From positions 54,248-118,247 of the forward strand of contig JAAOMT010000211.1 of NCBI GenBank assembly GCA_016748015.1: a DNA stretch of 64,000 nt, given 5' to 3'. This document shows, piece by piece, positions 1-12,400 of this stretch (position 1 is the stretch's first letter; each line of letters begins with the position of its first letter). The notes under the pieces were generated by a model that was not told where the DNA came from, ran no database searches, and saw only the letters and a program-made list of their open reading frames with translations. A program made the position numbers and the translations under genes. The stretch is from Geosiphon pyriformis uo1 (taxonomy: Eukaryota; Fungi; Glomeromycota).

Positions 1-151
1 ATGGAATGATTTTTTAGCAGACTGCATTACAAACCAGAAAAACTACACACTAATGTTGACAGCCTTTCAAGAATAAGACAATATTAATACCAACATTAAC
101 ACCAACAAAACACCAACAAACTTAACAGCAGAACAAATAACAAAATCAACA

Positions 152-1537
152 ATGGATCCAGAAAACTACAACAACATCAAAAACTATTTGGAGACTCTCA
201 CCATGTCAGAAATTTGGTTTTCAAGTGAAAAACATCAATTACAACACCAATCCAAACAATATTTTATACACCACAACAAAATTTATTACAAGAATCATAA
301 AAATCCAAACCAATCTTTCAGATTAGTACAAGAGAATGAAAAAGAAACAATTTTATACAACATGCACACAGATCCGTCTTCAGCATACTTGGGAAGAGAT
401 GGAACAATTCAAAGAACCCTTGAACATTATTTTTGGTCTCATATGCAAAAAGACATTCGACAATATGTAGAATCTTGTGATAGTTGTCAAAGAAGAAAAG
501 GAACTCACCCCACAGAATCTTTAAATCCAATCAAAGTTGGACAACCTTTTGACAGAGTTGGGATTGATTTAGTTGGACCATTATCTATTACAACCCAAGG
601 AAATTATTATATTGCAGTTGCAGTAAATTATCTCACCAAATGGCCTGAAGCTAGAGCCATTCAAAGAGCAGATGCAAAATCAGTAGCAAATTTCATCTAT
701 GAAGACATTATTTGTAGACATAGATGTCTAATTAAACTTTTATCTGATCAAAAAACACATTTTGTGAACAACTTGATACAAAAAATTTGTGAATGATTTA
801 ATGTCAAAAGACTTCTATCATCACCTTATCACTCTCAAACAAATAGACTTGTAGAACATTTCAACAGAATATTGTGTGAGTCTCTAGCCAAAGTCTCAAC
901 AGACTTTGAGCAGGAATGGAATATCTTTATTCCATCAGTGTTACTAGCATACAAAACGCTAAAACAAGATACTATGAAACACACACTATTTGATTTAACT
1001 TATAGAAGAACAGCAACATTACCAATTAATTTCATAGTGGAAACATATCCAGTGCAACCAATCAATGAAGAAAACTTTCAAGAAACACTCCAAAGAAGGG
1101 CCTACACTTTTCTTAGTACACTGGAAGGAAAAAGAAGAATAGCAGCAACTCATATTGAAAATTCCTAAGCTCAACAAAAAGAAAGACATGACAACAAATT
1201 ACCACCTATTACCAACGAATTTAAAGTTGGAAATAAAGTTCTCTTACACAAAATTAAGGCTGAAAAACAATAGAGTGGAAAATTTGAAAACAAATGGGAT
1301 GGACCATTTTATATTTACAAAATTCTAGACAATAGATCATATAAGTTAAGACTTGATGACAAAATACTAGCAAAAGTTGCACATGGAGACAGATTGAAAC
1401 ACTATCATTTCAGAAACAATCCTGAAACATTAATTCTACAGATTGGTACACATTCTTCTTTAATTAATCCTGAAGATATTCTCCGAAATTTAGAACTAAT
1501 AATTATAATAGAACAATAACCAAACTTAAACACTTAA
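152..1537 (+). pseudogene. integrase of copy A (internal stops)
   Basis: HHCC zinc domain (MHTD..SAYLG..CDSCQ), DDE core (GIDLVGPL, LLSDQ, LVEHFNR), C-terminal WDGPF module; ORFs 152-796 and 872-1168 are pieces of one frame. Confidence 0.93.
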
Positions 1538-1682
1538 ATTTTACAATAATTTTCTAATAAAAACACAAAGACAAAAATAGTAAATAATTACAAAAAACAC
1601 CCAAACCCAAAAACAAATAAAAACTCCATATCCAAAAAATAATTTTCTTTATTCTCTCTTTTCATAATTAGTCAATTTTATC

Positions 1683-2390
1683 ATAATTATTCCTCGAAAT
1701 ATTTAACAAATATCCCAAAAGTTAATGTTAGCCTTAAAAACACTTCCTGACTTATCCATAACGATTAATGGAAGTCAAATTAATTACATTCAGAAAGAAA
1801 CTACAGTCCCAGTAGCAAATCATTTACAGAACTATCACCTCTATAAAAGAAAAACAAGAAGCCACTCTGAAAATAGGTTACCAAGACTTTTGAAGCAAGC
1901 ACTAAAAGAAAATTTTTTAATTGCCCCTATGGACATTCCACCAAATGCTACAATACAACAAAAACTTCTACTATTTCTCAATGAACAGAACAATAAACAC
2001 ACTTCTATCTATAAATACTTTCACATTGGAAAGACACTTTATAAACAAAAACTAGAACTTGAAGCAACAAATCTCACTCCTGAAGCTATACAAAAACAAA
2101 TCCACAATGAATTCAAAATAGCAGCTGGACCAACAAACATTCACTACAAACTTAGAGCAGCTTTTAGACTCTATAATTTGTTTAATACTTGTGAAAATAT
2201 TCTACAAAATCCAATACTACAACCAATGAAAGTCCAATATATTGGCAAATCCACAGAACTGAAATTTCAACAATTTTCAGACCAAATTACTTCAATTATT
2301 TTGGATCACTATCTCAATATTACAGATACTGCTTGGACTTTAACAAAACTCAGTCTTGAGGAGAAGATTATGTTACCAGTAGAATTTTAG
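1683..2390 (+). CDS. accessory ORF3 of copy A, unknown function (open 1725-2390)
   Basis: 221-aa open frame homologous to ORF3 in B, C and D; the upstream ATG of the other copies is decayed to ATA at 1683; reads through the PPT and stops inside the LTR. Confidence 0.8.
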
Positions 2391-3341
2391 CTATTAATTA
2401 GCATGAAATTACCCTTATAATTCTTATAATTAATTAGTATATTAATATCATTTCAAATTATCATTTATTATTTAATCAATTATTACATATCACAATTCAA
2501 TCAAAATAATCTAATTAGTATAACAGAAAGTAGGATGATCAAATTACATAATACTCTGAACTTTGTAATATTCAAAAATTTGCCAAAATTTATAGAAATT
2601 CGCCAAAATTATGAATAGTTCATCCAAATTAATCAATAGTTCAGTGAAATAACTTGTAGTTTATTAAAATGTATCTTTAGTTCACCAAAATTTGAGCAAA
2701 GAGAAAAAGTGCAAGTTCATAGACTAGTACTATAACAAGTTGTATAAAAAAAGAGTTTTTCTCTTCAAGAAAATGTATCTTTCTTTAGATTTATCACTTA
2801 GGACTATTCCTATGCACAAAAAAAGAAATAAATATCAAATAAATTGAAAAAACCAAATTCTTTAATCATTGCACTTGGAAAATTTCCAAAACCCAATTAA
2901 CATTTTGAAATTGATTAGGTACCAATTTCAGTAAACTGTTAGTGATTCCAGGCCTAGATAGAAGACGTTTCCCTTAGTAAAATCCTATTTTTTTTACATT
3001 TTTTTTATTTTTCTTTTCTTTTCTTATTACAATTATTAGAATAGCCTACAGACAAGATTCCTGTAGAAGAGTTGACTTCACAACAAAGTAACTACACATT
3101 TTTAGTTAGCTTCCAAATGAGCAATTCCTAGAAAAAAGTTGATGTTTACTACAATGTAACTATATAAAGTAACTGGCAAGGAATTGGTCATTCCACTTAT
3201 AAGCCCAGCAGTTCAAATTATAGGAGATAATTTGAAGATAAATTCAGTTATTGGAGGTTCAACTACTTCTAGAAAACGTGAATTTGCAACCAACAGATAT
3301 TTACAACATTCAAGAAAAGAGACCAAAAACCTCCAGTAATA
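2371..3341 (+). repeat. 3' LTR of copy A
   Basis: Follows the PPT; TGTTAC start, GTAA(C>T)A end; homologous to the other six family-1 LTRs. Confidence 0.93.
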
Positions 3342-5775
3342 CTGTTTAAAAGCTTTTGCTAAAATTTTTTTCCAAATACTATTATTTTTAGCATAAATAA
3401 AAACATAGACTGACAACTCTATTTATTATATAGCAAACACAATACATCTAAATATGCTTTGTTATATAATTTTTTTTAATCACTACTAATAGTTATTTAT
3501 ATACTGTTTTTATTAAGTATATATATAAATTAACAAACTTTTTACCAATAAATCCAGAAAGCATATGTGAATTAAGATACCAAATTTTTGCAATAGCTAA
3601 TTAACTCACTTTTTTAATTAATATACTCAAAATTATATTATAATCAAAGCCAGTTTTCTATTAAACACAATAAATAAACTTGTACAAATTATAAACAAAA
3701 TAATAAATATTGTTAAATACAATTGTGTTTTTAGCCATTATAAAACATTTACACATTCCAATTAACAAAAAAAAAAGAATAAGCAGTTTTGCTTGCTATT
3801 ATATCAGTCTTAATATTGTTTAAAATTCTTAAATGACTTTTAATTTTTATTCAATTAACAAAAAGATTCTTATTTCTAATCAAATTAGCAATATGTCTTC
3901 TTTTTATTCAGCATTAATTATAAAAGTCCAGTACAGCAAACAAAATTTCAGATATATATACATTAATAGTAACTTGGCTATTCAAATACAAAATTACTAT
4001 ACAGAAAAATAAAACATATTTTAAAAACAGAGCAACAGTTTGTAATTTAGCTATTGTAGAAGACAAAAATCTGTACATTTTAATATTAATATTTATATTT
4101 ACAGCTGGAAAGTAAGCAGCTATCTTACTAGTAATTTCAGCAAAACCAGCATATTTTAAGGATTTATTTATGTAAATTATAATAGAATCAGACCAAATTT
4201 TATGTAAAAATCTTTGCATATTAGAAAACTCTTTAAAATCCAAAATATCCAAGCCAAATAATTTACTAATATTGGCAAAATTAACTACCAAGAAACTCTT
4301 ATTACACAAAAACTTTAACACTAATTTAAACTAATAAGATATAAAATTTTTAAGATTTAATTTTTTCTATTAATAAAACATTTTCTAATTCATTATATTA
4401 TCTTTTTTGTTCAAAAATCTGTTACCAAATACAATTTTAGACTATTTTAAAGAATAAACAAAACTATAGTACATGGTCTTTTTCAAGATGTTTAACATTA
4501 AAAATCTATCAAAATTACGAAATACATTGGACAAATTGTTTATTAAAGATAAATCATTGTCCAAAAAAAATTTTATTATACCACCCAAAAAATTATTCAC
4601 CAAATTAACATGTAATTTGACAAAAAACTACAAAAAATTTAAAAAGATTCACCCCAAAATTTGTAAATTCAAGAACTTGTAATTAAACAAACATTTAAGA
4701 ATATTTAAAGCATTAGAACCAATAAAACCAACTTTTTTTCAAATTGTACTTGTTCAAAAGATTTTAAACTATACAAAAAAAAATAATATAAAGCTTTATT
4801 AGAAAAGTTTTATGGCAAATTAGTTTTAGCTTTAAAGTTTTTTCTGATTATTATATCTTACTTATAACATATATTTAATAAGACAAAACTAAATTATAAT
4901 TAATAGCTAATTATAAATTGTAAAACAACTAACACCAAATAAGAAAACTGCTTATTTATAATCACTTTTTTTAATACTACATTGAAAAAAATCTGATATT
5001 AGTATAAACTTGAGTTATATAAAGCTTAAAAAAACTTTTAATTAATAAAAAATTCTTAAGTACTTATGTAATTTATCTTTTTTAACAATTAAAATAAACA
5101 AACTGATAATTATTAGTGAAGCAGTTTTAATATTTTGGTTGATAGAAATAGCAACTGTTTTTTTATTATTAATTAAAATATTATTAATACTAAAAAACTT
5201 TGCCAATAATATTCAAAATATACTACATAGAAATTTGGCTACTCTCAATTTAAATTGTATTATTAACAAAGATATTAGCAGCAAAAAATAATGTCTTTCT
5301 TTTACCACTCTCAATTCTGTCAGTTTTGACTACAAACTTAATATTAATTTAGTATTTATACAAATGTTCATGTTTTTTGACTTTACACAAAAGAAAATTA
5401 CAGAAAATTTTCTAAAGAAAAAGAAAAAAAACCTTATTTAATCTAATCTATTATGTACTTTATAACTATTTGAAAGCCCAAAATTAATTGTTATTCTATT
5501 GATTTTGTCTTTATATATGTTGCCAAAAAACTCAATAAATCAATTACATATTTTAATATATTATAAGCTAACTCTCAGATAATATTATTCTACTAAGTTA
5601 TAAGCTTAATATATATTTTATAAGACCAACCAAAGCTTTTTATTTTTCTTCAGAACATTTTTAACAAATAGTTCAATAGCAAATATAAGAGACTAAATTA
5701 AAGTACTTTTTAATACCAAAAAGTTATTATCATAAAAAATACCAAATTTGCTATATATAAAAAAAATCTAATAAA

Positions 5776-6678
5776 TATTATTCATAGAAAAATACAAGAG
5801 AGAAAACTGGGAAAAACAGATAAAAAAATAAACCAATAGGAGAACAGTATTTAAAATATGAACACAATATTAGAAAACTATAATACATTGCTCAACAATA
5901 TGTATATTGCTAGTGAATTATAGCATATTGTTTAACAATATAAACAATATCAATAAATTAGAGCATATTGCTTAAAAAAAATGTGAAATCTCATAGAACA
6001 AGAAATATATATATAGTGAAAGTATTAGAAACAAAAAAGACAGAATTCAGTTCAAAATTAATATTTCAATCCATTAATTATCTCATATTTTTTCTTTCAA
6101 AAAGTAGTTTTCTATAACTTAAAGTAGAATTAAATTACATATTAATAAAATATCAATTACTACTTAAATCTATACTATTATTATTTAATTAAAAGAATAT
6201 TAATCACTTTTATTCTATTAACATTCTATATTAATAAAATTCAATATTTAACTATACTAAACTAATAGTTCTTAATTATAATTATTAACAAAATACTAAT
6301 TTTTTAATTTTTTTTAATTTTTTTTTTGTTGTTTTGTTAATTTGCTAACTGATTAAAAAAATTAAGCATTAAGTAATTTGACATTAAAAATAGCCTGATA
6401 AAAGACTCAAAAATAAGAGTATAGAACTTGAAAATTGAAAATAGCTTACCAGAAAGGCACAATTGCCAGAATAAACTGGCCACTACACTAAAAAAAGAAA
6501 TTAATAGAATAACTATTTTGGGAGGCTACTAAACAATCATTAAATTTCTGTTTATTATACAAAAAACTTTATCAAAATTTTCAGATAATAAAAACCTTTA
6601 GATATTACCAACCAGTTATTGAGCACCAAGTTATGAGTTTATTATTTGTATTAACACCTCAAATAATCATTTGTAACA
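5776..6678 (+). repeat. solo LTR, family 2, inserted in the LINE RT region
   Basis: T(G>A)TTA...TTGTAACA termini; homologous to the reverse complement of 40316-41316; flanks TAAA/TCAA; LINE RT sequence resumes across it. Confidence 0.8.
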
Positions 6679-8378
6679 TCAAAAAAATTTTATATAAAAT
6701 TTTTTTGCTATCTTAATTAATACAATAGATCAGATATTTGTTAAAATGCTATTCTATTTATAAAGCTTAAAGATCATTAAAACTTATGCTCTCTTTTAAA
6801 GAACTGAAATATTACCCAAAGCCAAATAAAAATTCAACAAATTTAAAAAACACTTTAAAACAACTTTACTGTAATGCTTCTAAAGTTTATTTAGAATATT
6901 AAACAATTTAACAGTCTTACTATCAAGCAAACTGTCAATTACTAGAACCAATTTTTCTATATTAATCTTTTTTATCATACCAAAAAATACATTATTATTT
7001 ACATAATTCAAAAACAAATATTAATAAGACCAAAAATTAGATATTTTTAAAAACACAAACTGTTTTTTTGTTCATTTTTCTATGATTTTATCGACCTAAA
7101 GCTTAATTTTATAAGATTTTACAACTAATTTTTCTTTAATTACCAAGTAATTTAAAACAACTTTGTAAAAAGGCCATTTTAAAATACTTTTTATTATTTG
7201 TTTTTGTCAAAGCAAAAATTTTTCATATGTTGTTTAATTGCCTTCCTAATTACTATATTTTCTAATGCCTTTAATTTATAATACTTAAATTTCTAATATT
7301 TTTTTTGATTATTGACAAATATTTAATAATGTTCTTTGATTTTATATTATTTTAAATCATACTAATAATTTTAGTCAACTAAATTTTGACAAAACATCCA
7401 AATTTTAAAAGATCTCCTAAATTTAATTTCTTTACAATTTTAACAATAAACAGCTCTAATTTAAAAAATTTTAATAATTATTTGTTTTTTAAACAATTAT
7501 ATTTACTATAATAATATTTACAAAACACTATATTGTTAGAATATACTATAACTTCTCTTAAAATTTTTCATATTGTTTTTAAATTACTACAATTTTTTGT
7601 TTTCTTAAACATACTTAAAATTATTAACAGTTTAGTAAAAAAACACTTTTTAAATTTTATTTACTTGAGCTTATTTACATCTTTTATTTTAAATTTTCAT
7701 TAATTTTTATTGATCTGTTTATAAATATTATTAAGATAAGCATCTAAAAAACCATTTAAGCTAACTAAAACTAAAACTGTCTTATAATTTGTATCAAAAA
7801 ATTCAAACACAATATCAACCTTATGGCTTGTAATTGCAAATGCTAAGTTCTTATTCACAAATATAAAATCTAACATTTTTTCAACACTTTTAGAATTGCT
7901 TTAAGTAAAAACTTTAACCAATAGATGCTTATTAAATGCTTTAATTAAACTCAGATCTAAACAAAACTTGAAATTTGCACTTTTTCTAGATCTATTTTTA
8001 TTGAAATTTCCACCCAAGATCACAAAAGTGCTAAAATTAACTACTTTGATAATAAAAAACTTAATTTTCAATGCTTGTTCAAATTTAATCTCAATAAAAA
8101 CACCAGCATACAATCTTAAGATTGTTATCAAAAATTTATTTTTAAATAAAAGATGAACTGAAATAATTTTGTCCAAAATTTTGTCAACTTTTGAGACATA
8201 ATAAACCAAAAAATTGTTTATAATTATAGTTATTTCAACACTAAAAAAACTTTTGTCTAAATTAGATATAAAAACTTGTACTTCTTTAAACTTATTCATA
8301 ATCTAAAACCTAATATTAGATTTCAATATAGTTTCTGTAATAATAAAAATCATATTATTTAAATTAACATTGTTATGG

Positions 8379-9363
8379 TATTATCAGACGAAATTAGAGA
8401 TATTATTTAGCATAAAATTATCTTTATAATTTTTATCATTAATTAGCATATACTATTGTTTCAAATTATCACTTATTATATTAGCAAAATATCCGAAATT
8501 ATTATTTAATTAATAACCCAATTTGTACATAACACAAATGTAATCTAATTGTGATGATCAATCATGCAATACCCCGAAATATGTAATATTCAAAAGTTTG
8601 CCAAAATTTGTAGAAATTCACCGAAATAATTGATAGTTCACCAAAATATCTAATAGTTCGTAGAAATAACTTGTAGTTCACCAAAATGTATCTTTAGTTC
8701 AGTAAAATTGTAGAAAAGAGCAAAGTTTAAGTTCATAGAATAGTATTATGACAAGTTGTATAAAAGAAGAGCTTCTCTCTTCGAGAAAATGTATCTTACT
8801 TCAGATTTAATAATTAGAACCATTCTTTATACAAAAAAACAAAATAAATATCAAATAAATTCGAAAAGCCAAATTCTTAATTATTTTCTTTGAAATTAAC
8901 CAATTCCTACTAACAGTTTAAAATTGATTAGCTACCAATTTCAGTACACTGTTAAAGCACTTCTAGGCCTGGATCTGAAATGACTTCCAGAAATTATCAG
9001 TTTTACTTTCTCTTTTACATTTTTTTCATTCTCTTTCTTTTCTTATTATAAATTATTTGGGTAGTCTACAGATGAGAATTCTTGTAGAAGAGTTGACTTT
9101 CACAGCAAAGTAACTACACATTTTTAGTGAGCTTCCAGATGAGCAATTCCTGGGAAAAAGTTAACATTTCCTACAATGTAACTATACAAAGTAACTGGCA
9201 CAGAATTGGCTATTCCACTTATAAGCCCAGTAGTTCAAATTATAAGAGATAATTTGAAGATAAATTCAGTTATCGGAGGTTCAAACACTTCCCATAATCG
9301 TGAATTAACAGTATTACAACAAACATACAAGAGCTAAGAAGAGACCAAAAACCTCCAGTAATA
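8379..9363 (+). repeat. 5' LTR of copy B
   Basis: Direct repeat of 17262-18238; followed by TTTGGTGCTC. Confidence 0.95.
8597..8765 (+). promoter_or_regulatory. U3 array of TTC-N3-GAA-like sites followed by a TATA box (TATAAAA 8759-8765)
   Basis: Sites start at 8597, 8607, 8617, 8637, 8657, 8677 and 8698; GTTGTATAAAA is conserved in all family-1 LTRs. Confidence 0.6.
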
Positions 9364-9381
9364 TTTGGTGCTCTTCCACAG
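9364..9381 (+). other. primer binding site (tRNA not identified)
   Basis: TT-TGGTGCTCT.. directly after the LTR, complementary to a tRNA ending ..GAGCACCA; same motif at 19803 and at 33049 (minus). Confidence 0.85.
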
Positions 9382-9407
9382 AAACAATACAGCAAAACAA
9401 CTTCAAA

Positions 9408-12400
9408 GTGGCAACCACACCAGATGCAACAACTCTAGAGTATTACCAATCAATTTACACCCACTGCAAACAAAAATTCAACATTCCAGACGAAATTGAA
9501 GTTGTTAAGAAATCAGTATACCAATACATTGAAAACTGTATCAACAATTATCTTTTTGGAAATTACAATATCTCAGAAGTTAGAAGCAACCTTTACAATA
9601 ATTTAGTACACTATTCACAGTTGGGAACTGAAGACCTTAATAGTGAAACACCTGCCACTTACTTTCAAGAACTTAATTTTAACATTATCAAATACTGTGA
9701 AGAAACATATCCAGTACAGTCTCAATACTCTATTAATTTTAAATCAGAGACAGAAACAAGCAACAAAGACAAACAAAAATTGAAGCAATACTCAAAAACC
9801 ACCCCAAATATCCCAATATTACCAAAAACAACTGCCAAACACTTACAAACACCTGAACAAAGAACCAGTTCAAAACTTCTACTTACTATCACACCTTTTC
9901 TAGCTTCACTTGCACAAGCACAAACACCTAATTCACCCTTAAATTGATTTGCAAGACTAGAAGATTTTACATCATCCAGAAGTCTTATTAGACAACAAGA
10001 ACCCCTTCAAACTAGTTCCAATCTTCTTGACTTTCTAGCTGAAAATTGAAGTGAACACTCTGAGACAGCAGTAAATGAAGAAAACGACTCTGAAGTATCC
10101 AAAGAAGAATCAATAAACAGTAAAAACAAAGAAGACAAAATGACAGCATATATCACAAAAATCCCTGAATTCAATGGAGAAGACATTGAGACCAGTCTCC
10201 AAGAATGGCTCGACCAAATTACTAAAGCTGGAGATGCAAATAGATGGAATGCTGCCAGAATGTTAAGAACAATTCCCTACTTTCTTAAAAGAACAGCAGG
10301 CGAATAGTTTGAAAACTTGACCACCCTTTTTAATGACTGGACAGCTTTCAAAACTGCTTTCTTAGAACAATTCACTGATAACAACACTTCAATCACTCTT
10401 TGAAATCATTTTCACAATATTAAACAAGAACCTTCTAAATCTGTTATGACTTATATTGAGAAATTCAACAAACTTCTCAGACAAATTTGCCAACTTGAAA
10501 CTAATAATTATTATTCTGATGCTCAAATCTTGGATCAATTCATCACTGGTTTAAAAGATAAACTGATTAAAAAGGTTCGCTCACATGCCTCAGAAGATTT
10601 AAACTCTGCCATTCAGCATGCAAAGAGATATAAAATGGCCATGGAAAAAGCCAATCATACAAAACTCGTAAACTTGGCCATTGAAGAAACCAGCTCAGTA
10701 GCTGAAGAGAAAATTGACCAACTCGCAAAAAAAGTCGAAAACTATTTCACCAACCAACAACAACAGCAACCCCAAAGATATCAATCACTCCAAAGACGAA
10801 ATCAAAACAACTTCACATCACCCTTTAATAACCAGTCTTAGAGTTGCCATTACTATAGAATTTCTGGCCACTGGAAAAAAAATTGCAGAAAGCTACAACA
10901 AGACCAACAAAATAGGAGTAATCAACGTTATCCTCCACCATAGCAATCTTATTATCAACCACCATCAGCTTACTATCCACCAAAGCCCCAATATTAAAGT
11001 AACTATTATCAGTTTGCCCCACAGCCAATCCAACAGCAATACCAACAACCACCCATACAACATTATCAAGTACCTGCTTGAAAATTGATTCTGCAAAATC
11101 AATTCACACCACAAAACCAATACCAAGTAAACAACAATAGGATTATTTTAAACAACCAATTAGTTCCCCAAAATTCAGCTCAACCAAGACCCAACCACTA
11201 TCATACTCAACCTAGTTATCTTATGATGCTAGAAGAGCAGAATTTTTACCATACTGCACTCTCAGAAAGTAGAGCTGCAGCACAATGACAAAACTCTTCC
11301 TATATTCCTACCACAATCTCACCAGCCAAAATTGCTGAAAATGCCAACCTTTCAGATATATTTCCTTTTGAATTTGAAGCAAATGAATCACCATTCTTGC
11401 TTAGCAATGCAGCGGCTAATGAGCAAAAAGCCATCACTGCAATGTACACAGAAGCTGAAGTAGAAGAAAAGCCAATTCGCTTGATTCTAAACAGTGGATC
11501 CGCCAAAAGTATTATTACACATCAATTGATGCAACAGCTAAAAAGAAACATTGACCGACCAGCTCAGACAATCATTGTCACTACTGATGGCATGAAAAAG
11601 ACTCCAGTAGGAGAGATTGACAACTTCCCATTCACAATTGATGGAATCATTATTCCAGTCAAAGTTCTGGTCATGGATGCTCCCCAATACCAAGCTCTTG
11701 TCAGAAACAATTGGCTCCAAAAAGCCAATGCTAATCTGAATTGGGAGACACAAGAGTTAACAATCTCCTACCAAAGACAACACGTCTGAGTATCTGCCAC
11801 GTGTGGTACATTCAACAAACACTCTGAAAAAGCCCTGGCTTTTGAATTCGAACCAGAAGAAGAAAAACCTATCATTGAAACATTTATGGCACTTGGATCA
11901 ACCTCCAATTGGGCTGATGAAACTGAACAACAGTATTTTTCAACATATAATTCCCTTGAAACAAAAGAACTAGTAACACCCAGATGGAATGTTTCCTATT
12001 CAAAACCAGAACCACAAAAACAACGCTCTTATATTTCACTCAAATGCAAAAATTGTCACAAGAAACTCTTATCAATAGGAGCCTGCATTTCATCTGAAAA
12101 AGAATATGAAAATCATACTTGTTATTATTGCAAGGCTTGCCACAGAGAACGATGGAGCCATCTAATAAAAAGAAGTGAAAAATGGGACAACACCTCTTGT
12201 TTGACTTGTGGAAATATGCTACCAGAAGAATGCAATTGGATTGATGTAGCAATGAGAGGAGAAGTCTGTAATCAGACCTGCCAATATGCTTTATCAATTT
12301 CAGAAAAAGTCAAAAAAAGAACACCTTTTAATGTGGCATACAACAGTGCTTTCAACAAACTTTATCACTACCCCCATGATGCTAAAATAATTTTTGACCT

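Larger units (their letters stand above)
1..3341 (+). mobile_element. Ty3/gypsy-type LTR retrotransposon copy A (3' part: RNaseH end, integrase, ORF3, 3' LTR)
   Basis: RNaseH tail ..LHTNVDSLSR..* (stop 85-87); integrase motifs; PPT GAGGAGAAGA at 2358-2367; LTR TGTTACCAG (2371)...CCAGTAATA (3341), homologous to the LTRs of B, C and D. Confidence 0.93.

Noticed and set aside
1725-2390. ORF3 as an envelope gene
   Set aside because: No signal peptide, transmembrane anchor or Cys-rich ectodomain.
9136-9160. Hammerhead-like CAGAUGAG...GAAA in the LTR
   Set aside because: The core needs CUGANGA and a paired stem II; here U4 is A in every copy and CAG pairs with CUG in a simple hairpin.
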